A DNA stretch of 64,000 nt, taken from NCBI GenBank assembly GCA_029007295.1, contig JAQXHN010000018.1, positions 32,096-96,095 of the forward strand, given 5' to 3'. Both the position numbers and the translations under genes were made by a program. A model generated the notes under the pieces. It did no database searches. It was not told the origin of the DNA and saw nothing but the letters and a program-made list of their open reading frames with translations. Every line of letters begins with the position of its first letter. The first letter of the stretch is position 1. Source of the DNA: Clostridia bacterium. GTDB lineage: Bacteria > Bacillota > Clostridia > Oscillospirales > CAG-272. This document shows positions 54,365 to 64,000 of this stretch, one piece after another.

Positions 54365-56014
54365 TTAATCAACTCGGACGATTGATTCGTCCCACATTGA
54401 AGGAGCCTTGTAGCCGAGCAGGTTAACCGCTGTTGCGGCAACGTCGGACAAGCCGAATTTTCCCTCGTCCTTTTTAACGGTGTACTTATCGTTTGTAAAG
54501 TTATCGTAGATTATGCAGGGAACCGGATTTAATGTATGGCTTGTCTTTGCCTTGTACCTGCCGTCCTTTGTAAGCTTGGGTGCCTTGGTTTTTTTATCGT
54601 ATTCGCACATCTCGTCCGCATTTCCGTGGTCGGCTGTGATGATTGCCGCCCCGTGAACCTCGTCGATAACGGACAGCAGTCTTGCAAGCTGTAAATCGAG
54701 CGCCTCTACGGAGATTACGGTAGCCTGCATAGAGCCTGTGTGTCCGACCATATCGCCGTTGGGATAATTGCAGCGAATGTACTTATACTCGCCGCTCCTT
54801 AATGCCTCGATGAGCTTATCTGTGATTTCGGCGCACTTCATCCACGGACGCTGTTCAAACGGAACAACGTCGCTCGGTATCTCGATATATGTTTCAAGCT
54901 CCTCGTTGAATTTGCCGCTCTTATTTCCGTTCCAGAAGTATGTAACATGACCGTACTTCTGCGTCTCGGAGACAGCAAGCTGTTTAATTCCGGTATCGGC
55001 CAAGTATTCGCCCATCGTATTTGTTATTTCCGGAGGATTTACAAGATAGCGCGAGGGTATGTGCAAATCGCCGTCATATTCGAGCATACCGGCGTAAACC
55101 ACCTTAGGAAATTTCTTTCTCTCAAATTTGCCGAGATTCTCCTCCTCGAACGCTCTTGAAATTTCAATAGCTCTGTCGCCTCGGAAATTGTAGAATATCA
55201 CGCTGTCTTTGTCGTTGACAGCTCCTATCGCCTTGCCGTCCTCGGCAATAACGAAGGGGTCAAGATCCTGGTCGATTGCCCCCGTTTCGGCACGAAGCGT
55301 GTTAATCGCTTCCTCGGCCGAGGAGAAAAATCTTCCTTCGCCCTCAACATGAGTTTTCCAGCCGAGAGCCACCATTTCCCAGTTGGCCTCGTATCTGTCC
55401 ATGGTAATCTTCATTCTGCCGCCGCCCGAAGCAATCGCAACGTCAAAATCATCGGCTCGAAGAGTATCAAGAAACGCTTCGAACGGAAGAACGTAATCAA
55501 GTGCGGAGGTTTCGCCGACATCTCTGCCGTCAAGAAGAATGTGGATGCGCACACGCTTAACGCCGTCTCGCTTTGCCGCCGTAAGCATTGCTTTCAAATG
55601 GTCGATGTGTGAATGAACATTTCCGTCGGAGAAGAGTCCGAGGAAATGCATAACCGTGCCGTTCTCCTTTACGTTGGAGACAAGAGCTTTCCATGTGTCG
55701 GACAGGAACATCTTGCCGGATTCAATGGAATTGGAAACAAGCTTTGCGCCCTGTGCGAAAACCTGTCCCGAGCCGAGCGCATTATGTCCCACCTCGGAGT
55801 TGCCCATATCGTCGTCTCCGGGAAGACCTACCGCAGTGCCGTGCGCCTTAAGCGCTACGGTGGGGTATTTTTCAATCAGCATATCCAGAGTGGGAGTTTT
55901 TGCACTCTTAACCGCATTGCCCTCCTCGACGGGATTGATGCCTATACCGTCCATTACGACGGTTACAACGGGTCCTTCGACGCCTTTAAAATTGTTCAGT
56001 TTCTCAAGCTTCAT
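54365..56014 (-). CDS. gpmI: 2,3-bisphosphoglycerate-independent phosphoglycerate mutase (long form)
   Basis: VMDGIG, MGNSEVGHNALG, ITADHGNA motifs. 549 aa. Confidence 0.9.
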   Translation of the reverse strand: MKLEKLNNFKGVEGPVVTVVMDGIGINPVEEGNAVKSAKTPTLDMLIEKYPTVALKAHGTAVGLPGDDDMGNSEVGHNALGSGQVFAQGAKLVSNSIESGKMFLSDTWKALVSNVKENGTVMHFLGLFSDGNVHSHIDHLKAMLTAAKRDGVKRVRIHILLDGRDVGETSALDYVLPFEAFLDTLRADDFDVAIASGGGRMKITMDRYEANWEMVALGWKTHVEGEGRFFSSAEEAINTLRAETGAIDQDLDPFVIAEDGKAIGAVNDKDSVIFYNFRGDRAIEISRAFEEENLGKFERKKFPKVVYAGMLEYDGDLHIPSRYLVNPPEITNTMGEYLADTGIKQLAVSETQKYGHVTYFWNGNKSGKFNEELETYIEIPSDVVPFEQRPWMKCAEITDKLIEALRSGEYKYIRCNYPNGDMVGHTGSMQATVISVEALDLQLARLLSVIDEVHGAAIITADHGNADEMCEYDKKTKAPKLTKDGRYKAKTSHTLNPVPCIIYDNFTNDKYTVKKDEGKFGLSDVAATAVNLLGYKAPSMWDESIVRVD

Positions 56015-56309
56015 TTTATCTTCTGCCTTTCAGTTTGTTTATTTCGGGAGACGGACACCGCCGAGGCTCCGTCAAAGCGAAGGAGGCGTGCGGCGGCTTT
56101 CCCGCCTGTTTTCCTCTGTGCCGATAATCGGCATGCATTTTTTCACCAACGGCCGAACGCTTTTCCTTTGCCGGTCGACCTTATCATATTGTAATACAAA
56201 AATGTTAATATTGTCAACATAAAATAAAAACATATAAAGAATAAATTGACATACAAAACTATTTGGTGTATAATATTATGGATTATAGGTATCGAAAAGG
56301 GCGTATAAT

Positions 56310-57197
56310 ATGGTAAACAGTATGACCGCATACGGCAGAGCCGTCATGCAAAAAGAGACAAAAATAATTACCGTCGAAATAAAAAGCGTAAATAACCGTT
56401 ATTTCGACTGCTCCGTAAAGCTTCCGAGAATTTATTCCTCCCTCGAAGAGAAGGTGCGTTCCTATGTGCAGTCAAACGGCATATCAAGAGGAAAGATTGA
56501 TATTTACGTGTCGGTAAATATCCTCTCCGGCGCAGGCGAAACGGTTATGCTCGACGAAGCCTACGCCGAAAGCTACATAAAGGCGCTGCGCGAATTATCC
56601 GAGAAATTTGATTTGCCGCTTGACATCTCGGTAATGAGAGTCGCTTCCAACCGCGACATTTTTTTAACCGTTGCGGACAAGGACGACCCGGAAAAGGATT
56701 GGGAGGAGCTGTCGCCTGTTTTAGCCGAAGCGCTCGCTTCTTATAAGGAGATGAGAGCAAGAGAGGGCGAGAGGCTCATCCGGGACATTGCGGAAAAGAA
56801 AAAAACCGTTATGGAGCTGGCGGATAAGGTTGCGCATTTAGCAAACGGCGCCGTGGCAAAATACCGAGAAAAGCTTGAAGCAAAGCTGCGCTCGGTGCTT
56901 GCCGACATGGTTGTAACGCCCGACGAAGCCAGAATCATGACAGAGTGCGCAATCTATGCGGACAAGGTCGCCGTTGACGAGGAATTGGTAAGACTTCAAA
57001 GCCACTTTAAGGCGTTTGACGACATACTCGAATCAAACGAGCCGGTCGGCAGAAAAATAGATTTCCTTTTGCAGGAGATGAACAGAGAGGTCAACACTAC
57101 GGGCTCCAAATGCAACGATGCGGAAATAGCCCATATTGTTGTTGATATGAAGGCGGAGCTTGAAAAAATCCGCGAGCAAATTCAAAATATAGAATAG
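56310..57197 (+). CDS. yicC: YicC family stress-induced protein
   Basis: N-terminal SMTAYG and C-terminal EMNREVNTTGSK motifs. Confidence 0.9.
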   Translation: MVNSMTAYGRAVMQKETKIITVEIKSVNNRYFDCSVKLPRIYSSLEEKVRSYVQSNGISRGKIDIYVSVNILSGAGETVMLDEAYAESYIKALRELSEKFDLPLDISVMRVASNRDIFLTVADKDDPEKDWEELSPVLAEALASYKEMRAREGERLIRDIAEKKKTVMELADKVAHLANGAVAKYREKLEAKLRSVLADMVVTPDEARIMTECAIYADKVAVDEELVRLQSHFKAFDDILESNEPVGRKIDFLLQEMNREVNTTGSKCNDAEIAHIVVDMKAELEKIREQIQNIE

Positions 57198-57219
57198 CGG
57201 ATTCGGATTACGGAATAAT

Positions 57220-57474
57220 ATGAAATTTATCAATGCAGGCTTCGGCAATTATATTTCCGAAGAAAGAATAGTAACCGTGGCGACGCCGGAGGCCGCGCCC
57301 ATTAAGCGAATTATTCAGGACGCAAAGGCCAACTCAAGAGCAATAGACATAACCGGCGGAAGAAAAACAAAGTCGGTGATAATAACCGACAGCGATCATG
57401 TCATATTCAGCGCATTGACGCCTGATATGCTGCTCGGCATAAGACAGGCGCCCAAGGAGAGCGACAATGAATAA
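57220..57474 (+). CDS. remA: DUF370 / extracellular matrix regulator RemA
   Basis: MKFINAGFGNYISEERIVTVATPEAAPIKRII...ITDSDHVIFSAL matches RemA closely. Confidence 0.9.
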   Translation: MKFINAGFGNYISEERIVTVATPEAAPIKRIIQDAKANSRAIDITGGRKTKSVIITDSDHVIFSALTPDMLLGIRQAPKESDNE

Positions 57475-58081
57475 AAGAGGAATACTGTGCGTTTTGTCCG
57501 GTCCTGCCGGCTCCGGAAAAGGCACTGTGGTACAGAATGTATTTAAGATGAGCGACGATTTTGCATATTCCGTTTCGGCAACTACAAGAGCGCCGAGAGC
57601 GCTCGAAGAGAACGGAGTGCATTATCACTTTATTACAAGGGAAAAATTCCAAGAGCTTATCCGGGATAACAAGATTTTGGAATATACCGAGTACTGCGGT
57701 AATTATTACGGTACGCTGAGGAGCGAGGTCGAAAATAAACTTGCAAACGGCAAGAATGTTATTCTTGAAATCGAAGTTGAGGGGGCAATGAATGTCCGAA
57801 GGGCATTCCCCGACGCAGTTCTGACAATGCTGCTGCCTCCCGACTACAAAACGCTTGAAGCAAGGCTTCGCAACAGAGGCACGAACACCGAGCAGGACAT
57901 AAACAACCGCATGAAGCGTTGTCTTCAGGAGCTTGAATACTTCGACAAATACGATTACTTTATCGAGAACGCCTCCGATGTAACCCAGGCGGCAAGAGAA
58001 TTTATCGCAATAGTGAAAAGCGAGCAGCACAGAACCAAGCGCAATACCGATTTCCCCGAGATTTTTAAATCCAACAAATAA
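57467..58081 (+). CDS. gmk: Guanylate kinase
   Basis: SGPAGSGKGT P-loop, SATTRAPR, EYxGNYYGT motifs. Confidence 0.95.
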   Translation: MNKRGILCVLSGPAGSGKGTVVQNVFKMSDDFAYSVSATTRAPRALEENGVHYHFITREKFQELIRDNKILEYTEYCGNYYGTLRSEVENKLANGKNVILEIEVEGAMNVRRAFPDAVLTMLLPPDYKTLEARLRNRGTNTEQDINNRMKRCLQELEYFDKYDYFIENASDVTQAAREFIAIVKSEQHRTKRNTDFPEIFKSNK

Positions 58082-58106
58082 TTAACCGAAAGGCAAGGCA
58101 ATTACA

Positions 58107-58442
58107 ATGAAGGTTTATTTTGATTATACTACATTAGGCGGAGAAGGCTTAAACAAGTACAAAAGAGTCTGCGCTACGGCAAAGTCGGCGAGGATGGTAA
58201 CCGACGAATATGTATCGCAGCGAGAAAACGCCGAAAAGCTTATTGCAAACAAGGAAACAGACCGTTCTCTCTCCTCTCTTATCAAAAAGGAGGTTCGCGA
58301 CGAAAAGGCGGTTATTACCGCAATAGACCGCATTCGCTCGGGCGAATACCGCATTCTTTCGGAGGAAGAGGTCTCAGAGCGCACCGAAGCAAAGGCGAAC
58401 ACAACGGCTCAGGAGAGCTCAGAGAATACCTCAGCCGACTGA
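58107..58442 (+). CDS. rpoZ: DNA-directed RNA polymerase subunit omega (probable, long form)
   Basis: NKYKRVCATAKSARMVT resembles the omega core helix. The position after gmk is canonical. The acidic C-terminal extension is not typical. Confidence 0.65.
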   Translation: MKVYFDYTTLGGEGLNKYKRVCATAKSARMVTDEYVSQRENAEKLIANKETDRSLSSLIKKEVRDEKAVITAIDRIRSGEYRILSEEEVSERTEAKANTTAQESSENTSAD

Positions 58443-58458
58443 TAAGCCGACCGATTAT

Positions 58459-60711
58459 ATGCAAAAAGATTTGGTAGCACGGGTTTTCATCCTTGATGTT
58501 CCTTACCGAATTGACAAGCTATATGAGTATTCAATCCCGACTGACCTGTGCGATAAAATTCGCACAGGCGTTTTTGCAACAGTCAATTTCGGCAAAGGAA
58601 AGAGGCAAAGCCTGTGCCTTGTTTACGAGATTCTCGGCGAAAGCGATTACGACAGGTCTAAGCTAAAGCCTATAACGAAGCTTGAAACCGAAATCACCCC
58701 GCTGACGCACGAACAGATAAAGCTGTGCCTTTTTATCAGCGAGCAAACCTTCTGCACCTTCGGGACGGCGCTAAAAGCGGTGGTGCCTTCGGCGGATTTT
58801 AAGCGAACCAATATTAAATATACCGTAACCTACACCTTAACCCAAAGCGGCTTTGAAGCGTTATCCGACGGCTCCCTTGACAAAAGCCCCGCCAAATTCG
58901 TATTGCTTGAGCGTATAGCCGACAAGCCGAATATCGACAGGAACGCTTTGCTTGAGGAAAGCAAATCAAATTCTCAAAAGCTAAAAAGCCTTTTGCGGCT
59001 CGGCTACATTAAAGAGAGCAAAACGGAAAGCTATCGGGCGCCCTTCGAGGATTATGCGGGGGAAAAGCCGACAAATGTTCTGACCGAAGCGCAAAACCGT
59101 GCTTTTTGCGAATTAAAATCCCTGTACGAATCAAAGGAGCCGAGGGCGGCTCTATTGCACGGCGTTACGGGAAGCGGTAAAACAAGAGTAATTAAGGCCA
59201 TGTGCGACGAGGTTTTGGCTTCGGGCAGACAGGTAATAATTTTAGTACCGGAAATTGCCCTGACTCCGCAAGCAATTTCCCTTTTCGCCTCCTTTTACCG
59301 AGGCAGTGTCGCCGTATTGCATTCATCGCTGTCAGCGGGTGAACGCTACGACGCTTTTCGCCGTATGAGGGAGGGAAAGGTAAACATCTGCATAGGTACT
59401 CGCTCGGCGGTGTTTGCCCCGTTTGAAAATATCGGTATGATTGTTATTGACGAGGAGCAGGAGCACACCTATAAGTCGGACTCCGACCCGAAGTACCATA
59501 CCGTGGATATAGCAAGATTTCGATGCGCGTACCACAATTCCCTTATGCTTTTGGCGTCGGCTACCCCCTCGCTTGCAAGCTATTACAAGGCAAAAGCGGG
59601 AAAATATACCTTGGTCAAGCTGACCGAGAGATACAATAACGCTCCCCTGCCGGACGCTCAAATATGCGATATGAGAGGCGAAATATCAAAGGGCGATACG
59701 AGAGCCGTCGGGAAAGAGCTGTATTTTGAAATCAAAAAAGCGTTAGACGACGGAAAGCAGGCGATTGTTTTTGTTAACCGCAGAGGATATAACAATTACC
59801 TGACCTGCACCAAATGCGGCGCAACAATGATGTGCCCGCATTGCAGCGTATCACTGACAAATCATACGGTAAACGGCAGAAACGAGCTTCGCTGTCATTA
59901 CTGCGGCTACCGAGCCTATTCGCCGAGCGTGTGCCCGGAATGCAAAAGCGAGCATTTAAGGTACGTCGGCTTCGGCACACAGCATGTGGAGCAGGAGCTG
60001 TCGGAGCTTTTCCCCGACGCCGTTATTGTCCGTATGGACGCAGACACAACAAAAACCAAATTTTCCTACGAGAAAATTCTGTCGTCCTTCAAAAATCATT
60101 CCGCAGATATTTTAATCGGCACGCAGATGGTGACCAAGGGACACGATTTTCCGGATGTAACTCTTTGCGGAGTTTTGCTCGCCGATATGACGCTGTATGT
60201 TGACGATTACAGAGCCAACGAGCGCACCTTTTCACTGTTGACGCAGGTTATCGGCAGAGCCGGCAGGGGGGACTTCCCCGGAAAAGCGGTTATTCAGACA
60301 TACAATCCCGATCACCCCGTTTTAACGCTGGCGGCAGAGCAGAATTACGAGGCGTTTTACGAAAATGAAATTGCGCTTCGCAGGGCGCTGACCTTTCCGC
60401 CGGTTTGCGATATTTTTCTTATTACCTTATCCGGCAAAAACGAGCCCTCGCTCCTTGAGGCGTCGAACGGCTTCCGAGCCCTGCTTTTGAGAGAGATAAA
60501 GCAAAACGACGGGGTGGAATTAATTGTGTTCGGCCCTTTTGAGGCGCCGATTTACAAGCTAAGCGAGACCTTTCGTATGCGATTTGTCTGCAAGGGCAAA
60601 TCCAATACGAAAACGAGAGCCCTTTTTCGCACGGTTATGGAATACTTTGCCAAGGAGAAATTCACCGACACCGTCGGCATTTCCATTGACGTCAACCCGA
60701 GCAGCTTATAA
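58459..60711 (+). CDS. priA: Primosomal protein N' (replication restart helicase PriA)
   Basis: GVTGSGKT Walker A, DEEQ box, CxxC...CxxC zinc-binding insert (CTKCG..CPHC...CHYCG...CPEC). Confidence 0.95.
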   Translation: MQKDLVARVFILDVPYRIDKLYEYSIPTDLCDKIRTGVFATVNFGKGKRQSLCLVYEILGESDYDRSKLKPITKLETEITPLTHEQIKLCLFISEQTFCTFGTALKAVVPSADFKRTNIKYTVTYTLTQSGFEALSDGSLDKSPAKFVLLERIADKPNIDRNALLEESKSNSQKLKSLLRLGYIKESKTESYRAPFEDYAGEKPTNVLTEAQNRAFCELKSLYESKEPRAALLHGVTGSGKTRVIKAMCDEVLASGRQVIILVPEIALTPQAISLFASFYRGSVAVLHSSLSAGERYDAFRRMREGKVNICIGTRSAVFAPFENIGMIVIDEEQEHTYKSDSDPKYHTVDIARFRCAYHNSLMLLASATPSLASYYKAKAGKYTLVKLTERYNNAPLPDAQICDMRGEISKGDTRAVGKELYFEIKKALDDGKQAIVFVNRRGYNNYLTCTKCGATMMCPHCSVSLTNHTVNGRNELRCHYCGYRAYSPSVCPECKSEHLRYVGFGTQHVEQELSELFPDAVIVRMDADTTKTKFSYEKILSSFKNHSADILIGTQMVTKGHDFPDVTLCGVLLADMTLYVDDYRANERTFSLLTQVIGRAGRGDFPGKAVIQTYNPDHPVLTLAAEQNYEAFYENEIALRRALTFPPVCDIFLITLSGKNEPSLLEASNGFRALLLREIKQNDGVELIVFGPFEAPIYKLSETFRMRFVCKGKSNTKTRALFRTVMEYFAKEKFTDTVGISIDVNPSSL

Positions 60712-60842
60712 AGCAAGCGCCGATGCGCTCGTTTTTACCTGCTAAGCTCGACTTAAACGGCATACCTACCCCGGGCATACTGCGCTCTAAACCGCAGTAT
60801 CGCATTAACAAGAGTAATTATATTGACAAAAGGAACACAAAT

Positions 60843-61724
60843 ATGGACTCATCAATCATAAAAATTTCCGATATTCAAAAAGAGGATAAGGTACATATCT
60901 CCTGCGAGCTGTTCCCCCCGAAAACAGGCGACAAAATACCGAATGTTGCCTCAGTCGTAAAAGAGGTAGCCGCCTTGAAGCCCTCATATATGAGCGTGAC
61001 CTACGGCGCAACGGGCGGTACCTCCGATTTCACCGTTGATATCGCAAGGGAAATTTGCAAAAACGGCATCCCCGCCCTCGCCCACCTGACCTGCTATTCC
61101 TCTACCAAGGAAAAGGTAAGGGGCGTTGTAAATCAATTAAAGGAAGCGGGTATTTCAAACATACTCTGTCTTCGGGGCGATATTCCAAATAATCCCGACT
61201 TCATCCCCCCCTGCGAATACAGACACGCAAGCGAGCTTATATCTGACGTTAAAGCCATGGGTGATTTTTGCATCGGCGCCGCCTGCTACCCGGAGGGTCA
61301 TCCCGAAGCCGACACCATAACCGATGATATCGAGCATTTGTATGAAAAGGTGCGCTCGGGGTGCGATTTTCTCACGACGCAGATGTTTTTTGACAACAAT
61401 ATTTATTATAATTTCCTTTTCAAGCTGTTAAAAAGGGGAATTGACATTCCGGTCGTTGCGGGTATTATGCCCGTAACAAACAAGGCCTCTCTTTCGAGAA
61501 TCATTTCCCTCTCGGGAAACCTTGTGCCGCCCCGCTTTAAAGCTATAGTCGACCGCTTCGGAGATTCTCCCCTCGCTATGAAGCAGGCGGGAATAGCTTA
61601 TGCCACCGAACAGATAATCGACCTTATCGCAAACGGAGTGAACAATATTCACATTTACACCATGAACAAGCCGGACGTAGCGGGCGCGATAATATCCAAC
61701 CTGTCACATATTTTTGTAAAATGA
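60843..61724 (+). CDS. metF: 5,10-methylenetetrahydrofolate reductase
   Basis: SCELFPPKT, VTYGATGGT, LRGD motifs. I prefer the ATG at 60843 over the track's 60723. Confidence 0.85.
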   Translation: MDSSIIKISDIQKEDKVHISCELFPPKTGDKIPNVASVVKEVAALKPSYMSVTYGATGGTSDFTVDIAREICKNGIPALAHLTCYSSTKEKVRGVVNQLKEAGISNILCLRGDIPNNPDFIPPCEYRHASELISDVKAMGDFCIGAACYPEGHPEADTITDDIEHLYEKVRSGCDFLTTQMFFDNNIYYNFLFKLLKRGIDIPVVAGIMPVTNKASLSRIISLSGNLVPPRFKAIVDRFGDSPLAMKQAGIAYATEQIIDLIANGVNNIHIYTMNKPDVAGAIISNLSHIFVK

Positions 61725-62326
61725 CAGAAAAAGAGCTGAAAGAAATAAAATACTACCTCGGTTACGGCGCCAACGAGGCAGACGAGCGCACAAAAAGCGT
61801 AATCGAAAGCGTTTTCTCGGAGTATGAAAGCGCCGTATGCGAAAAGTATTTAACAAAAACCTTTGAATGCACGGTCTCGGACAAAAGCGTCGTACTGCTG
61901 TGCGACGGCAAAGCGGTATCGGAGTTTTATTCAAAAAAGCTCGCAAAGCACCTTTCGCTTTGCGACAAAGTTACGCTGATGGCGGCAACCGTAGGCGCCG
62001 CTTGCGACAGACTTATGCTGCGGTACGAGCATACCGAGATTGCCAAGGCCGCCGTCTGTCAGGCGTGCGGAGCATATTTTATCGAGCGTCTTTGCGATTC
62101 GATTTGCGACAGACTGAAAAAAGAGACCTCACGGGAATTAACCTTTCGCTTCAGCCCGGGTTACGGCGATTTAAAGCTTGAAACGCAAAGGGAGCTTTTC
62201 AATATTCTCGAATGCCGGAGAATCGGATTGACCCTGACCGACTCCTGTTTAACCGTGCCGACAAAAAGCGTTACCGCCTTTATCGGGCACAAAAAGCCGG
62301 GTATGAAACGCAATATTGAAAAGTGA
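61721..62326 (+). CDS. Stand-alone methionine synthase (MetH) activation/AdoMet-binding-domain-like protein
   Basis: 201 aa. ...TFRFSPGYGDLKLETQRELFNIL...IGLTLTDSCLTVPTKSVTAFIG resembles the Met_synt_B12 domain. 4-nt overlap with the metF stop. Confidence 0.7.
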   Translation: MTEKELKEIKYYLGYGANEADERTKSVIESVFSEYESAVCEKYLTKTFECTVSDKSVVLLCDGKAVSEFYSKKLAKHLSLCDKVTLMAATVGAACDRLMLRYEHTEIAKAAVCQACGAYFIERLCDSICDRLKKETSRELTFRFSPGYGDLKLETQRELFNILECRRIGLTLTDSCLTVPTKSVTAFIGHKKPGMKRNIEK

Positions 62327-62338
62327 AAACCGAAAAAT

Positions 62339-62369
62339 AAAATCCCGAATGCATTGCATTCGGGATTTT
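62339..62369. terminator. Bidirectional intrinsic terminator
   Basis: AAAATCCCGAATG-cattg-CATTCGGGATTTT perfect hairpin with flanking A- and T-runs, between the MetH-like gene (+) and tRNA-Thr (-). Confidence 0.85.
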
Positions 62370-62445
62370 TGGAGCTGGTAATCGGACTCGAACCGATGAC
62401 CTGTTGATTACGAATCAACTGCTCTACCAACTGAGCCATACCAGC
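62370..62445 (-). tRNA. tRNA-Thr (anticodon CGU), CCA encoded
   Basis: Reverse complement GCTGGTA-TG-GCTC-AGTTGGTA-GAGC-A-GTTGA-TTCGTAA-TCAAC-AGGTC-ATCGG-TTCGAGT-CCGAT-TACCAGC-T-CCA. All four stems are canonical. Confidence 0.95.
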
Positions 62446-62555
62446 ATTAAAATTGTTAATCACGGCAATAATAATATCACACTTTTGTTAAAAAGTCAAT
62501 AGTTAAACGACTATATATGCGTATGAAAAATTAATAATTTAATTTTTGAAAAGTA

Positions 62556-62584
62556 TTGCATTTTTTTATCGCATTTGATAGAAT
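62556..62584 (+). promoter_or_regulatory. Sigma-A type promoter upstream of potA
   Basis: TTGCAT, 17-nt spacer ending in TGa, then TAGAAT (extended -10). It leaves a leader of about 180 nt before the potA ATG. Confidence 0.6.
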
Positions 62585-62769
62585 GATGGCGTACGGTGTT
62601 TTTTCGGGGTAATACCCCATTCCGGTCATTATTATTTGACATCAATATCGGATTGCAAGATTTGTTTATCACTCTTTCTTTTGGGAGTAAGCTCCCTTGG
62701 TTTGGGTGTTTTTTTCTTGTAGAGCTTTTTACCGTACTCATTTTATTTATTTAAGGAGAACAAAAAGCA

Positions 62770-63906
62770 ATGGCAAAAAACGAAAACAAAATCATCGAAC
62801 TGAAAAACGTTACGATGCAATTCCCCGAGGACGAGCATCAGGTGCTCAAAGGGATCAATCTCGACATTTATGACAATGAATTTGTCACTCTGCTCGGGCC
62901 GTCCGGTTGCGGTAAAACAACCACACTTCGAATCATCGGCGGATTTTTAACTCCGGATACCGGCGATGTAATCTTCAACGGAAAGAAAATTAATGCGCAG
63001 CCCCCCCATTTAAGACCCTTCAATACCGTCTTTCAGCGATATGCGCTCTTTCCGCATCTAAACGTTTTTGAAAACATAGCCTTCGGCCTGCGTGTTGCAA
63101 AGGTGCCGAAGGAGGAGGCCAACAAACGGGTAAACGACATGCTCGATATTGTAGGTCTTCGGGGCAAGGAGCATCAGGATGTCAATGCTCTGTCCGGCGG
63201 TCAGCAGCAAAGGGTTGCCATCGCCAGGGCTTTAGTCAACCGCCCTAAGGTTCTGTTGCTTGACGAGCCTTTGGCGGCGCTGGATTTAAGACTTCGCAAG
63301 GATATGCAGAACGAGCTGAAGTCGATTCAGGAATCGCTCGGTATCACTTTTATTTTTGTAACACACGATCAGGAGGAGGCGCTGTCTATGTCCGATACCG
63401 TAGTCGTTATGGACAACGGTAATATTCAGCAGATAGGCACTCCCAAGGATATATACAACGAGCCGAAAAACGCTTTTGTTGCGGATTTTATAGGCGAGTC
63501 CAACATTATTAACGGCGTTATGGTGCGCGACAAGCTCGTACGCCTTGACTCAAGGGACTTTGTGTGCCTTGACTCCGGCTTTTCTCCTATGGAACCGGTT
63601 GATGTCGTTATCCGTCCCGAGGATGTCGACATTGTTCCGCTTGAAAAGGGCATGCTTGAGGGAGAGGTTACATCCGTGACCTTTAAAGGCGTGCATTATG
63701 AAATCATTATTGACGTTTGCGGATTTAAATGGATGATTCAGACAACAGATGAAAGCTTTGTCGGCGACAGAGTGGGTCTTGTTATCGAACCCGACGCCAT
63801 ACACGTTATGAAAAAATCCGAATACTCCGGCAAGTTCGGCGACTACTCCACCTTCAGCGATGAGATGGACGAGGTTCCTTTGGACGGCAAGGAGGCAGAA
63901 AATTGA
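62770..63906 (+). CDS. potA: Spermidine/putrescine ABC transporter ATP-binding protein
   Basis: GPSGCGKTT Walker [16 protein letters not shown] signature, LLLDEPL Walker B, and a C-terminal TOBE-like regulatory domain. Confidence 0.9.
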   Translation: MAKNENKIIELKNVTMQFPEDEHQVLKGINLDIYDNEFVTLLGPSGCGKTTTLRIIGGFLTPDTGDVIFNGKKINAQPPHLRPFNTVFQRYALFPHLNVFENIAFGLRVAKVPKEEANKRVNDMLDIVGLRGKEHQDVNALSGGQQQRVAIARALVNRPKVLLLDEPLAALDLRLRKDMQNELKSIQESLGITFIFVTHDQEEALSMSDTVVVMDNGNIQQIGTPKDIYNEPKNAFVADFIGESNIINGVMVRDKLVRLDSRDFVCLDSGFSPMEPVDVVIRPEDVDIVPLEKGMLEGEVTSVTFKGVHYEIIIDVCGFKWMIQTTDESFVGDRVGLVIEPDAIHVMKKSEYSGKFGDYSTFSDEMDEVPLDGKEAEN

Positions 63907-64000
63907 AGAAACACAGCTCAAAAACAACAGCGCTTTTAAACGCTCCGTATGCCCTGTGGTCTGCTGTTTTCATTATAGTACCTCTTTTCTTCGTAGCATA
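63903..64000 (+). CDS. potB: ABC transporter permease (PotB-like), 5' fragment running off the window
   Basis: The TTG at 63903 overlaps the potA stop (TTGA). The translation [32 protein letters not shown] is a typical PotB N-terminus. Confidence 0.6.
   Translation, partial: MKKHSSKTTALLNAPYALWSAVFIIVPLFFVA

Overview
This window looks like chromosomal sequence from a low-to-moderate GC Firmicute. I infer class Clostridia, possibly Oscillospiraceae/Ruminococcaceae-like, from three things: an IspH-S1 fusion gene, the remA-gmk-rpoZ-priA and fakA-degV-plsX-acpP neighbourhoods, and a THF riboswitch close to the Eubacterium siraeum type. This placement is not proven.

Coding density is high. About 65 protein genes can be supported. 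Housekeeping genes include prfB, plsX, acpP, cmk, plsC, ispH/rpsA, gpmI, gmk, rpoZ, priA, pcrA, metF and potA. Many others are cell-envelope genes: murJ, GT4 and GT2 glycosyltransferases, a WbaP-type sugar transferase, an LCP ligase, two M23 peptidases, an SLH protein and a class B sortase.

Three tRNAs are present: Leu-UAA and initiator Met in tandem on the + strand, and Thr-CGU on the - strand. I also recognise one THF riboswitch, several near-consensus sigma-A promoters and a number of intrinsic terminators. I saw no CRISPR array, transposase, integrase, rRNA or obvious prophage.

The regions most worth a second look are:
- A THF-riboswitch-controlled FolT-like membrane protein interrupted by a BspA-type leucine-rich-repeat domain (7.7-9.2 kb).
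- An accessory-looking block just downstream of the tRNA pair (37.6-42.7 kb). It holds a decayed SPQTG surface-protein remnant, then an SPFH/YdjI-like protein with four tandem zinc ribbons, two small lipoproteins, a YdjG-like double-zinc-ribbon protein and a YdjH-like TPM protein, with no pspA.
- A sortase B / SPQTG-substrate / LCP neighbourhood (49.7-54.3 kb).
- An uncharacterised three-gene sugar operon behind a perfect consensus promoter (45.7-49.7 kb).
- A flavoprotein gene with ACG where the start codon is expected (26.9 kb).
- A DUF6088/AbiEi-like gene translationally coupled to the fatty-acid kinase/plsX lipid operon (12.9-18.4 kb).

All functional calls rest on motif recognition by eye. 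No database search was run.
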